From an uncultured virus (IMG/VR IMGVR_UViG_3300037963_003836) (taxonomy: Duplodnaviria > Heunggongvirae > Uroviricota > Caudoviricetes), in IMG/VR virus record IMGVR_UViG_3300037963_003836: a stretch of 64,000 nt of DNA. One strand, given 5' to 3'. Made by a program: the position numbers and the translations under genes. Of the stretch, positions 55,301-64,000 are shown one piece after another. The notes under the pieces are model-generated. The model searched no databases. It was not told where the DNA came from and worked only from the letters and a program-made list of their open reading frames with translations. Every line of letters starts with the position of its first letter. Position 1 is the first letter of the stretch.

Positions 55301-58300
55301 ATCTTTTTCTACTGTAAGTGTTAGTGGTAAATCAGATTTACTAAAAGATGAGAATGCTAATGCAAACGTTCTTGTACCTGTTCCGTTACTTACAGACCCA
55401 CCTAACGATGGAGTTGTAAATGTACTTCCACCTGCTTTAGTAATTGCGATATCACTTGTTGCTATTGTACCACTTAAGTTTTGTTGATTTACAGTAAAGT
55501 TAATCGATGTTGGTGTCGCACTTGAATCAGAAGAATCATCAAACGCAAAGGTTGGCGAATCTGATATTATGTTTAGTAATTTAGCGTTTGTACCGTCTTG
55601 ACCAACATTACCTTGTTTTGATTTTGACAGTGACATGGTTTTAACTAACTGAGTACTTGAACTTACTGCAGTTATTGTCAATGACCCACTGTCATGACTC
55701 ATTCCTGTAATTGAAAATGTATTACTACTTTTACTAAAAGTTACACCCGCACTACCTGTACCACTATATCCATAGTTTGAAGTAGAATCGGTAACACCTT
55801 CAAATACAACCATATCAGTTTCAGCTCCTGTAAAGGTTGCTACTGTACCATCAAACGCTGCTGCTAATGTATGACTTTCGTTTGTTAAGAAAGTGGTTAC
55901 AGCATCAGAACCATCAGTACCTGCTGCCCCATCATCACCATCTGAACCACCTTCTACTTTAAATATTTTTGTTTCGTCTGATAACGCTCCCTTAGCTACT
56001 CGTATCGTCAATGGTAATTTTGTTTTGTCACCACTTACTGTAGAACTAAATGTAATAGAACCACTAACCTGTCCTGTATTACTTGGTAGTGTTGTCGGCG
56101 CAAATGTAGGAGTTGTTAGAGTGGTTCCACTCGAGTCTGTAATTGTAACATTACCTGCTGCGATAGTACCACTTAGATTTTGTTGACTGATAACAATTTC
56201 AATAGTATCATCATCTGCTGTACTACTTGACGCACTTGGGAATGAGAATACTTGTGAATCTGTTGTCAAACTTAATGATAGTGCATTTGAACCTGGCGTA
56301 CCTGCCTGTCCATCCTCTCCATCATCACCTTGTCTTGCTACAGATAGTGACATTGTTTTTGGTAATACAATACTTGCTGAAGTTGCTGTAATAATTATTG
56401 AACCACTAAATGGTGTTGTAGTATTTGTTATTGTTACAGTATTACCTGATGTTGATGTTGTGATGTGTGAGTCCGTAGAACTACTAACTGCGACGGTGTA
56501 ATTACTTGTACTATCTGTTACTCCTTCAAAAACAACCATATCAGTTTGTGCTCCTGCAAATGATATAATTTCATTAGAGGAACTCAATGCTAATGTATGT
56601 GATTCGTTAGTTAAGAATGCTGATACTGCGTCTGTACCATCGGTACCTGCCGCACCTGTCGCACCTGTTGCTCCTGCTTCACCATCTGTACCACCTTGTA
56701 CTTTAAATATTGTTGTTGAGTCAGTTAAAGAATCTTTACTAACTTCTATTGTTAATGGTAAATCAGTTTTTGCTAAAGACAGTCCTGAGAATGATAAACT
56801 ACCACTCAACTGTCCTGACCCCTCTGATACTACACCACCTAAGGATGGTGTTGATATTGTTGACCCACCTGCTTTTGTAATTGTAATGTCACTTGTCCCT
56901 ACAGTTGCATTTAAGTTTTGTTGACTAACTGTAAAATTAATTACGTTTGGTGTTGCAGAAGTATCTGCTGAATTATCAAATGCGTATACTTGTGAGTCTA
57001 CTGTTACAGAAAGTTGTTTTGCAGTATTTGATGCTGTTGCGTCATTAATCGCCTGTTGTACATCATCACCACTTGGGAATTGTAAAGTACCTCTAATAGT
57101 TAATGCACTCGTATTCGGATTCCAAACAAATCTATCACCTAAAGAAAAGAAAGAACCTGAGTCTACATAAAATCCTGTATTACTATTTCCGTGGGTTCCT
57201 GTTCCAATATACAGTTTACCCGCTTCCATATTGATTCCACCAATAGAACCTGTTCTAGCGATTATACCACCTTGAAGGAATACGTTATCTGTTGCTAATC
57301 CAAAGCCAGGATTTGTGTTACCAAACACATATGATGAGTTTGCTAATCCACTCAAATCACCAATTCTTGCTTTTAGTGCTACATCATAAATCCCACTACC
57401 TGTTCTTTCGATAATGTCCATATATGGTGTTGATTGGTCATTTGGATTTGCGTTCATACGAATGTATCCTGTACCAATCTTACCTGTAGAAACTAATACT
57501 TGACCCTCTTCATAGGTTTGACCACCAATAGAACTTGATGGGTGTTGACCAACAAGTGTGTCGTCACCACCAGCAACACTTTCTGTATGATATCTTGCTA
57601 CATAAAGTCTACCTGCTACATTATCAGGATTTGAACTATCACCATCTATTGACGATGATTGAACTAAAACATATTCAGTAGTGAATCCTGTATCGGATAC
57701 TTTCTTTATTAATAATATTTCGTTTTGTGCGAATCCACTTGCGTTTCCAACTGACATGGTCGTGTCGGTTGTACCAACTGATGACCCTGTAATTGCTGTT
57801 GAGTTAGCTACCCACAGTTGACCACCAACTGCGTTTACTGATTCTTTTTCAAATGTCGTTGTTGATAAAGTACCTCTAATCTTTACATTCTCAAATTCTG
57901 CGAATCCATTATTTTCAGATGATATAATCCATCCTTTTAAGTTTGACGCGTAATCCTTTGTTTGTAAAATACCCTGAGGTTTCATTATCAAATTACCACC
58001 CTCGATTGAGTTTGTAGTAATGTCCCATCCACCAATACTTGCAGATACAAATCTTGCGAAACCATCAGGTCTAATAGACGATGATGAGTTTGTTTCAGTT
58101 GATGGATTACCTGCAATTGTAGCAGGAGTTCTGATACTGTTTGCTGTAACGGAACCTAATATTGTTACACCGTCTGTAATCGTACCACCTTGTAGTAATA
58201 CTCTTGACGCTGTTATGTCACCCGCTGCTTTTAATCTTAAAGCATTATCAGATGATTTAATTTCTTCTGTATTGACTGTAAATCCTGCTATGGATGCTGA

Positions 58301-60544
58301 TACGAATCTTGCAAATCCGTCTGCGTCAATAGATGATGATGAGTTTGTTTTAGTGGCAGGTGCTCCGTTTACTGTAGCAGGTGTTCTTAAACTATTTACC
58401 GTTAAACCTGCGAGAATGGTTGCGTCTGCACCAATTACGAGTGATTCGTTTTGTGGGTCTAAATGGAATAGTGATGAACTGATTTCAATGTTTTGATTTG
58501 CACCACTAATAAATTGTGACCCTGTTGTACCAATAAAGAACTTATCAGTTTTAACATCTAATAAACCACCATTGTCAGTGGTAAATATAAAGTGTCTATC
58601 GTCATTGTCACCAATTAATTGTAAACCGACACCATCTAAATTATCTACACCAAGAGTTAGGTTTCCACTACCCGAGTAGAATATAAATCCACCAGGCCCC
58701 TTACCTAACGATGCTGATGTTTGTCCTTCGAATCCAACTGATTTGATGAAACCACTACTTGCTCCACCCAACTCAATACCCGACCCGAGTGCGTTTGATA
58801 TAAAGATTGACCCCGATATAAGAGACCCTTTACCACCTATGAATGTATTTGAGCCAGGAAATACAACGTCTTCTATTAAAACGAATTGTTCCGATACCTC
58901 ACCTAATACATTTACAAATTCTATTTTTAATGTTTTTGGGTCACCAATGTGTTTTGATGGTATTGTTATACTGTAACTAAAATTAGTATCTGTTGTTACC
59001 GTGTTATTACCTAACACCTCAAAGTCAGTATCTAACCCTTTTGATTTTACAGAGGTTCTAACTTCATTTACTTCACCCGATATTGGTTTTATACTTGGTA
59101 ATGTAATTGTACCTTTTGTTGATAGGTTTTCTGAGTCACCTCTTGATGCTGATGAAAAATAAACTATAGTAGTCGGTATTGTAAAATCATCAGAATATTT
59201 GAATGTATGATTATTACTACCCGATATCTTAGTATCTAATTGTATAATGTCACTTCCTGTTACATTTAAAATACTTGCTGTATGAGAAGTTGGTTGTGTA
59301 ACTCCTCTTTGTTCAGGATATAATCTTACATTTGATAAATCAAGTCTTGCTTCACCATCAATCATTTCACCATTAAATGAAAGTGAGTCTCCTGTATTTC
59401 TTTGGAGTCTTGAATCACTACCGAAATTTGATGCGATATACTTTGTGTTTATTACATCTTTTGTTTTTACTAAACCTGGCGTTGCTTTTCTTTTAATCGT
59501 TACAGGACTAACCGAATCATTTACAAATCCTGATAAAGGTGACAATGAACCTGAATGGAATGATGATACTTTAACTCTAAAGTTAAAACTACTCCCAGCC
59601 GCAGTTTTTGTTACTTCTGTTATTTTATATTCTTTAAATCGGTTTGCACTATTAGTTGGGTCTGTTGAATGGTTTATTCTAAGAATGTATTGTGCGTCAT
59701 CAGAGTTATTTATACTTTTACTTACGTTAAGAAGTGCTCCTTGTATTCCACTACCATCACCAAAGTTTATTTGTCTAAACCCACCGTTTGCATTTTGAGC
59801 ACCTAAAGTACTTGCACCATTACCTGCTACAGATTTGAACACATCACCACCTGGCTGAGTGTCCGTGGTAACTTGTGACCACGTTAAGGGAAGTAAACTT
59901 ACTAACTCTGTGACTACAGGACCCGTACCTGTTCCTGACCCAACTCCTAATCCAAGTGGGTCATTACCTGCTACTACTCTTGAGAATGTTTTGAAAGGTA
60001 CTAAACTTGACGATACTGTTCCTGTTGGTAGGTTTGGTTTTTGAAATACAATTTTTGAAGAAGACTTCGTATCAATTCTTACAGGAATTGTTTTAGTCCA
60101 CTTAACTACCTTTTCGTTTGTTATACCACGACCTCTTCCACTACCTCGTCCACTACCTACTCCACTACCACTTCCAACTGTTGCTCTTGCTAAACCAACG
60201 ATTGTGATTGTAGCAGGACCACTTGCTGTATTTTCTTTTGAGTTCTCTCTATCGGTATAAACCCATATAGTAATGAGTATAGAACCATCAGATGATTTTA
60301 GATTTGGAACTTCGTGATATATTGGATTACCGTTGGAGTCTTTTACCTCTATTCTAATTTGTGATTTAGGCGCAAGAGTATCTTTGTTAGAAACTTTTAA
60401 TCTAATCGAATTTTTTCCAGGCCCTAAATAGGGTGGAATTTCAGTTATGTTAAAGTAATTTTCAGAGTTTGGACTTCGGTCTTCTATTTGTGCTCTGACC
60501 TTATCTAAGTTCTGTTTACCTCTTCTTTTGTATTCTAATGCCAT
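52376..60544 (-). CDS. Giant tail fibre/spike with C-terminal intramolecular chaperone (peptidase S74)
   Basis: TSDRRQKRNI, GLIAQEV, YGEFISPMIKAIQEL; three internal ~240-aa repeats with collagen linkers; SIGGW/SIGGF repeats. Confidence 0.85.
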   Translation of the reverse strand: MALEYKRRGKQNLDKVRAQIEDRSPNSENYFNITEIPPYLGPGKNSIRLKVSNKDTLAPKSQIRIEVKDSNGNPIYHEVPNLKSSDGSILITIWVYTDRENSKENTASGPATITIVGLARATVGSGSGVGSGRGSGRGRGITNEKVVKWTKTIPVRIDTKSSSKIVFQKPNLPTGTVSSSLVPFKTFSRVVAGNDPLGLGVGSGTGTGPVVTELVSLLPLTWSQVTTDTQPGGDVFKSVAGNGASTLGAQNANGGFRQINFGDGSGIQGALLNVSKSINNSDDAQYILRINHSTDPTNSANRFKEYKITEVTKTAAGSSFNFRVKVSSFHSGSLSPLSGFVNDSVSPVTIKRKATPGLVKTKDVINTKYIASNFGSDSRLQRNTGDSLSFNGEMIDGEARLDLSNVRLYPEQRGVTQPTSHTASILNVTGSDIIQLDTKISGSNNHTFKYSDDFTIPTTIVYFSSASRGDSENLSTKGTITLPSIKPISGEVNEVRTSVKSKGLDTDFEVLGNNTVTTDTNFSYSITIPSKHIGDPKTLKIEFVNVLGEVSEQFVLIEDVVFPGSNTFIGGKGSLISGSIFISNALGSGIELGGASSGFIKSVGFEGQTSASLGKGPGGFIFYSGSGNLTLGVDNLDGVGLQLIGDNDDRHFIFTTDNGGLLDVKTDKFFIGTTGSQFISGANQNIEISSSLFHLDPQNESLVIGADATILAGLTVNSLRTPATVNGAPATKTNSSSSIDADGFARFVSASIAGFTVNTEEIKSSDNALRLKAAGDITASRVLLQGGTITDGVTILGSVTANSIRTPATIAGNPSTETNSSSSIRPDGFARFVSASIGGWDITTNSIEGGNLIMKPQGILQTKDYASNLKGWIISSENNGFAEFENVKIRGTLSTTTFEKESVNAVGGQLWVANSTAITGSSVGTTDTTMSVGNASGFAQNEILLIKKVSDTGFTTEYVLVQSSSIDGDSSNPDNVAGRLYVARYHTESVAGGDDTLVGQHPSSSIGGQTYEEGQVLVSTGKIGTGYIRMNANPNDQSTPYMDIIERTGSGIYDVALKARIGDLSGLANSSYVFGNTNPGFGLATDNVFLQGGIIARTGSIGGINMEAGKLYIGTGTHGNSNTGFYVDSGSFFSLGDRFVWNPNTSALTIRGTLQFPSGDDVQQAINDATASNTAKQLSVTVDSQVYAFDNSADTSATPNVINFTVSQQNLNATVGTSDITITKAGGSTISTPSLGGVVSEGSGQLSGSLSFSGLSLAKTDLPLTIEVSKDSLTDSTTIFKVQGGTDGEAGATGATGAAGTDGTDAVSAFLTNESHTLALSSSNEIISFAGAQTDMVVFEGVTDSTSNYTVAVSSSTDSHITTSTSGNTVTITNTTTPFSGSIIITATSASIVLPKTMSLSVARQGDDGEDGQAGTPGSNALSLSLTTDSQVFSFPSASSSTADDDTIEIVISQQNLSGTIAAGNVTITDSSGTTLTTPTFAPTTLPSNTGQVSGSITFSSTVSGDKTKLPLTIRVAKGALSDETKIFKVEGGSDGDDGAAGTDGSDAVTTFLTNESHTLAAAFDGTVATFTGAETDMVVFEGVTDSTSNYGYSGTGSAGVTFSKSSNTFSITGMSHDSGSLTITAVSSSTQLVKTMSLSKSKQGNVGQDGTNAKLLNIISDSPTFAFDDSSDSSATPTSINFTVNQQNLSGTIATSDIAITKAGGSTFTTPSLGGSVSNGTGTRTFALAFSSFSKSDLPLTLTVEKDGLSDSVKVFKLEGGADGATGPTGAAGSDGVSALTAFLTNDSHTLPLSGSGNIISFAGASTDILVFQGVTDVTDDFEISRTPPSHITTTLSGDTVTITNATTPYSGSIVITATSASVTLNKTMSVAVALQGDDGADGATGSPGSPGSPGSPGSPGSTGPPGVDNQDFSFANENLTGVGPAPAGLLMTANVFGYHDGISSANATLTDFTSYLDSDGNFFLGSGSNSFLNWDNEAPGGGRLLITGSQADVRVDKFVLGNLNSQYISGSNSKIEISSSKIHVKPNGDIVVGKITATEGSIGGFVIGTGSIVNNAGSGAGKGLLLDAEQKRITLNDTTFGNTGLQFESNNFNPRVFIGRLASEVSASFIRFEDSQLEISASTFHLSSSGELDMEANITANQATLRGIKISGNIIKASGSHGAKSRKLIETWATGSALADIYASGKGSGPREKGNGDTTGNASTYGGNHDFKKRYAIADQLQSSTFGDTLTFSHYEVGSGVGNGIGKISSGNLTWYTTRGSAVPATQYLSNYTMSMGHDYLSYIRSTDGNRMSGKAVSGLMDSTQAWAQTLPSWTDLGGNFKDYQGRRPDGEVGFNGFVDGGSTGLPSLADTTRLGIFNAYSFKTGSVGPNAGQSYFPKINIGLPISHNTYNVNSELYYLGLRSERINLDKSDYEEGDNLTLQFQGGIVGAWGGGGFTLETHIYDADDGERLKEYHQEVVSGGLQFNVNLPMAGILKRAVLVGGYYIDKPIYSFFVELRWYKSSNIAGAGGGGPSGIRLTEMRFVKGARITSATMNSLEVSDVPITPLQNTSQGSQQSGRHRGLEVHGHWWPGEDNTFDLGWGGADGQAARRWDDIYATNSTIQTSDRRQKRNIESSSLGLDFVENLNPISYTWISGSRVHYGLIAQEVSSSLSIEGKTSADFAGLITGSQDPIGTSIGAARGGTWGLRYGEFISPMIKAIQELSAEVKQLKLQISGSNG

Positions 60545-60563
60545 TCATAGACTCCATATATAA

Positions 60564-63500
60564 CTATAAATATGAAACTTTTGAGAACCCGCGCACTTTG
60601 CTGATATCTATTATTTGGTCAACCATATCTCGTGTCTTGTCAATATGAGATATTGTGATAATAAAATCAAATTGTGTTTTAAGGTAATCAAATAATAAAT
60701 ATAGAGAATTAAAGTTCTCAGTATCAAGTGAACCGAACCCTTCGTCAATGGCTATGAAGTTTGGTCTTGGTAGGTTTGATACATTTATTAATGCTGTTCT
60801 AATTGCTATTGATGATATGAATTTTTCCATACCACTTGTTAATTCGAGAGGCCAATATTCATCACTTCCGTATGCAATGTATGAGTTGATATTTCTACCA
60901 TCCGTATTCAATAACACTTGGAAGTCTACTATTGGTGATAGTATATTGTTTATCTCTATTTCTAATTTTGGTAATACTTCGGATATTAATTGATATGGGA
61001 TTCCATCTCGTCTAACACATTTAATGTAATATTCGTATCCGTCATATTTGATTTCCATTTCACGAAGTTTCTCGATTGACTCGTTAACTTGTTGTATGGA
61101 ATTTTCTGCTAATGTAATCTCAGAGTTGACAGTCATCATTTCACCACCAACCTCATCTATCTTCTCTTTTATAGAATCTCGTGTGAGTTTAAAAGATTTT
61201 ATCTTTTCGTTTACCTGCTTGTTATGCTTAACTGCTTGTTCTTGGTTCTTTGCTTTCTGAAGTTTAGACTTTAGTTCTTTTAACTGTATATCTAAATCTC
61301 TAACGTCTTGTATACACGACTCGTAAATCTTAGACGCAGTTAACCATTCCTTCTCTAAATCTATCTGTTGTTTAGTAAGGGTGTCAAAGTCTTTTAAATC
61401 GTTTTTAACGTTAAAACTATCTCTTTCATCAATAAGTTTAACTTTCTTCTCTAAAAGGTCTTTAAAACTCTTCTGTAGACCTTCTATGTCTTTTTGTAAT
61501 TTATCTGCCTTTTTTACAATAGGAGTATTCTTGTTCTGCACACAATGTTCACAATCATCATCGAAAGTTAATTGACCGATTCCTTCTAAGGTATCTTTTT
61601 TATGAGTTATTTCTACATTGATGTTTTCCATCTTATTATCTAACTCGTTGAACTTTTTATCTAATCTATTAAACTTAGTATCTTTCTTTTTTAAGTCTTT
61701 AATATCTAAGGTTTTAAGTTTACCTTCTATATCGTTTTTAGATACTTCGATATTTTTAAGTTCTGAAAGATTGTGGTCACACTCTTTGTTTTGAGTATCC
61801 CGAACTAATTCTAAATCTTTTAGTTCTTTTGAGATATCATCTACATTACCAATATCCTCAACAGGTTTTAGTTTTCTCATTTCAAACTCTATCTTAGTAT
61901 TAGTATTTTCTAATTTAAGATTTAGTTCATCTTTTTTAGATTGTAATTCATCCAACGAACCCGTGATACTTGATAGTGTATTTTCTGCTTCAATTAGTTT
62001 TGTAGGAAAGTCTTGTTTTTTATATTCTCTAAGTAAAGTATTTAGTTCTCTAATCTCTTCACTTGCGAGATGATATAAATCTTCGAATATATCCATATCC
62101 AAAAACTGTGCTAATAATTCTTTTCTTTCCTTTTGAGATTTTTCTATAAACCCACTGTTATTAGATTGTGTTGACATTGCTGTTAAAACAAAATCTTCAT
62201 ATGTTCCAATGTAGTTTCTAATTATTGCGTTTGTCTCTCTACGTTGTTCACCATTCAATGATTCTTTTTGTCCATCAATCATTCTATAGAAATCAACGTC
62301 AACTTTTACAGTTCCTCTTTTTGGACTTTTCTTTGCTTTTCTTTCTATGAAATATTCAACACCATTTAATTCGAATTCAAACTTACAATCAAAATTCATT
62401 TTAGAGTAATTCATTACATCTTCTGCTCTGATTGTTCTTGAACACTTGTCAAACATACAAAATGATAATGCGTCCCATAAAGTTGACTTACCACTTGCGT
62501 TTGGTGCAAAGATTCCATATGCACCTTTCATATTTGTAAAGTCAATTACATTGTTAGTTCCATATGAGAACATATTAGAAAACTCAAATCGTTTTGGAAT
62601 CCACGTTGAGTTACTTACAATATTTGGTTTTCCAAGTTTATCATTTATATCTTTATTGATATTGGTAACTACACTTAGTTGTTCTTTTGTAAGGTGTTCT
62701 GTTTCTTCTAAATATTCTTCGATAAGTTTATTTTGAAAACCTGTATCTCTTACATTTTGTAATACTATTGATTGATGTTCTACATCTCTTTTACGAGTTA
62801 AAACTTTTTGTACAGTTAGTTCTTGTACTTGTGCTTGTTTTTTAATCTTTGCGATTAATCTATTAAGTTGTGAAGTCTTAGTATCTTTTACTCTTACCCT
62901 AACTCTTGGTTTATTAGGCATATAATTGTCAGATACTATTTTACCATTTTCAATATCAACAGTCACATATCCATAATCATTGTGTATTGGAACAAATTCA
63001 CTTTTTAGATTTTTCATATCCCAAACTAAGATACCGTGAATAGGATATTTAGCTTCACCGTGATTTTGAACTATCAATGAGCCAGAATATTTGATATGTG
63101 ATTTACCCATTACCTCGTTGTTTGGTTTATGGATATCACCTAACAATACTAAATCATAATTTTCAAAGTGTGATACTTTTACATTTTGATTCTGTATTAC
63201 AAATCCGTGTTCAGTTTCAATGTTATCAACAGGACCGTGTAACATTGCAATTCGTCCATTGTTTTTCTTGTAGTCTGTAGCAGGTGGGAATCCTTCTGAC
63301 TTATCCCATATTGATTTGTGTACAAACGTGTAACCACCGATTCCAACTGCACCTGTATCTTTTACATAGTGTAAGTTTGGATGGTCTAATGCTTTTATGA
63401 TAGGACTAAGAGCGTCCAATCTTGAAGTATTGTTTAGATTTGCGTCGTGATTGCCAGGAATTACGATAGTTGGTAGTAAGTCTGATAACTTACATAAAAA

Positions 63501-63734
63501 TTCTTGAGTTAAATCAACAACCTCAGGTGACATATCAGTTTTTGCGTGTACGATATCACCTGCGATATAAATGATGTCATTTTCCCTCATTGTGGATAAG
63601 ATGTATCCATAAAGGTTGGAAAATACCTCACGGTATTCTTTGTGTCGTTGAAGGTTTCTGATATGCACATCTGCGATGTGATATATCTTTCCGATATCGG
63701 ACACACCGACATCGATATACTTTATTCTTCTCAT
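60564..63734 (-). CDS. Fused Mre11/SbcD phosphoesterase and Rad50/SbcC ATPase (T4 gp47-gp46 fusion)
   Basis: ADVH, AGD, PGNHD, LGDIH; NASGKST Walker A, CEHC zinc hook, TSGMEK signature, IAIDEGFGSLD Walker B. Confidence 0.92.
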   Translation of the reverse strand: MRRIKYIDVGVSDIGKIYHIADVHIRNLQRHKEYREVFSNLYGYILSTMRENDIIYIAGDIVHAKTDMSPEVVDLTQEFLCKLSDLLPTIVIPGNHDANLNNTSRLDALSPIIKALDHPNLHYVKDTGAVGIGGYTFVHKSIWDKSEGFPPATDYKKNNGRIAMLHGPVDNIETEHGFVIQNQNVKVSHFENYDLVLLGDIHKPNNEVMGKSHIKYSGSLIVQNHGEAKYPIHGILVWDMKNLKSEFVPIHNDYGYVTVDIENGKIVSDNYMPNKPRVRVRVKDTKTSQLNRLIAKIKKQAQVQELTVQKVLTRKRDVEHQSIVLQNVRDTGFQNKLIEEYLEETEHLTKEQLSVVTNINKDINDKLGKPNIVSNSTWIPKRFEFSNMFSYGTNNVIDFTNMKGAYGIFAPNASGKSTLWDALSFCMFDKCSRTIRAEDVMNYSKMNFDCKFEFELNGVEYFIERKAKKSPKRGTVKVDVDFYRMIDGQKESLNGEQRRETNAIIRNYIGTYEDFVLTAMSTQSNNSGFIEKSQKERKELLAQFLDMDIFEDLYHLASEEIRELNTLLREYKKQDFPTKLIEAENTLSSITGSLDELQSKKDELNLKLENTNTKIEFEMRKLKPVEDIGNVDDISKELKDLELVRDTQNKECDHNLSELKNIEVSKNDIEGKLKTLDIKDLKKKDTKFNRLDKKFNELDNKMENINVEITHKKDTLEGIGQLTFDDDCEHCVQNKNTPIVKKADKLQKDIEGLQKSFKDLLEKKVKLIDERDSFNVKNDLKDFDTLTKQQIDLEKEWLTASKIYESCIQDVRDLDIQLKELKSKLQKAKNQEQAVKHNKQVNEKIKSFKLTRDSIKEKIDEVGGEMMTVNSEITLAENSIQQVNESIEKLREMEIKYDGYEYYIKCVRRDGIPYQLISEVLPKLEIEINNILSPIVDFQVLLNTDGRNINSYIAYGSDEYWPLELTSGMEKFISSIAIRTALINVSNLPRPNFIAIDEGFGSLDTENFNSLYLLFDYLKTQFDFIITISHIDKTRDMVDQIIDISKVRGFSKVSYL
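60565..60572 (-). promoter_or_regulatory. Putative late promoter TATTTATA overlapping the Mre11-Rad50 stop codon
   Basis: Recurrent octamer at the replication/structural module boundary. Confidence 0.65.
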
Positions 63735-64000
63735 ACGTTAAATAGTTGATACTCCATTAACTTTCTTAAATCAAGTGGTGGTGTATCATAAATTTTTTGG
63801 TTTATACGTTCATATCCCATTTCAGATGGGTCCTCATCACCTAAGTCTACCAAATGAGTCTGAATCCCGTAGGACATAAACTTCTTGGACAGACCTATTG
63901 CGTTAGATATAGCATCCGAATCTAATACAATATACAACTTTTTTACCGAATTTCCAATTATTTTCTTCTCTAATTTTGATTGTATACTTTTTCCAAACAA
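63731..64000 (-). CDS. DNA primase C-terminal (Toprim) part, truncated by the window edge
   Basis: FGK, LYIVLDSDA, EDPSEMG. Confidence 0.75.
   Translation of the reverse strand: MFGKSIQSKLEKKIIGNSVKKLYIVLDSDAISNAIGLSKKFMSYGIQTHLVDLGDEDPSEMGYERINQKIYDTPPLDLRKLMEYQLFNV

Overview
This 64 kb window is an AT-rich segment of a large T4-like (myovirus-type) dsDNA bacteriophage. Essentially all credible genes lie on the minus strand. In transcription order (right to left) it holds: the end of a DNA primase; a fused Mre11-Rad50 (gp47-gp46/SbcDC) nuclease; a 2722-aa tail fibre with a C-terminal S74 chaperone; a block of probable internal head proteins; terminase large subunit, portal, prohead protease, ribosomal protein bS21, scaffold, major capsid protein and PhoH; several Ser/Thr/Gly-rich fibre proteins; two giant collagens; three modifying-enzyme genes; and neck, tail completion, sheath, tube, tail chaperone and tape measure genes. 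Most notable signals: (1) an apparent phage procollagen maturation cassette, i.e. two ~1000-residue Gly-X-Y collagens each preceded by a Hint domain that has lost its N-terminal catalytic residues but keeps the C-terminal His-Asn, followed by a 2OG-Fe(II) oxygenase, a GT2 glycosyltransferase and a GT-B/PLOD-type lysyl hydroxylase fusion; (2) a 1302-aa protein joining a HIGH nucleotidyltransferase, a CCA-adding-like enzyme and a KxDG ligase-like domain through [LIV]-x-E linkers, possibly a head-packaged, protease-released RNA-repair or anti-defence payload; (3) ESVNE-linked cassette polyproteins; (4) bS21 together with a two-class Shine-Dalgarno pattern; (5) a ~19-copy putative late promoter that reads TATTTATA on the coding strand; (6) a probable +1/-2 frameshift in the tail chaperone. 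All calls come from motif recognition and gene order; no database search was run, and the host is not established.
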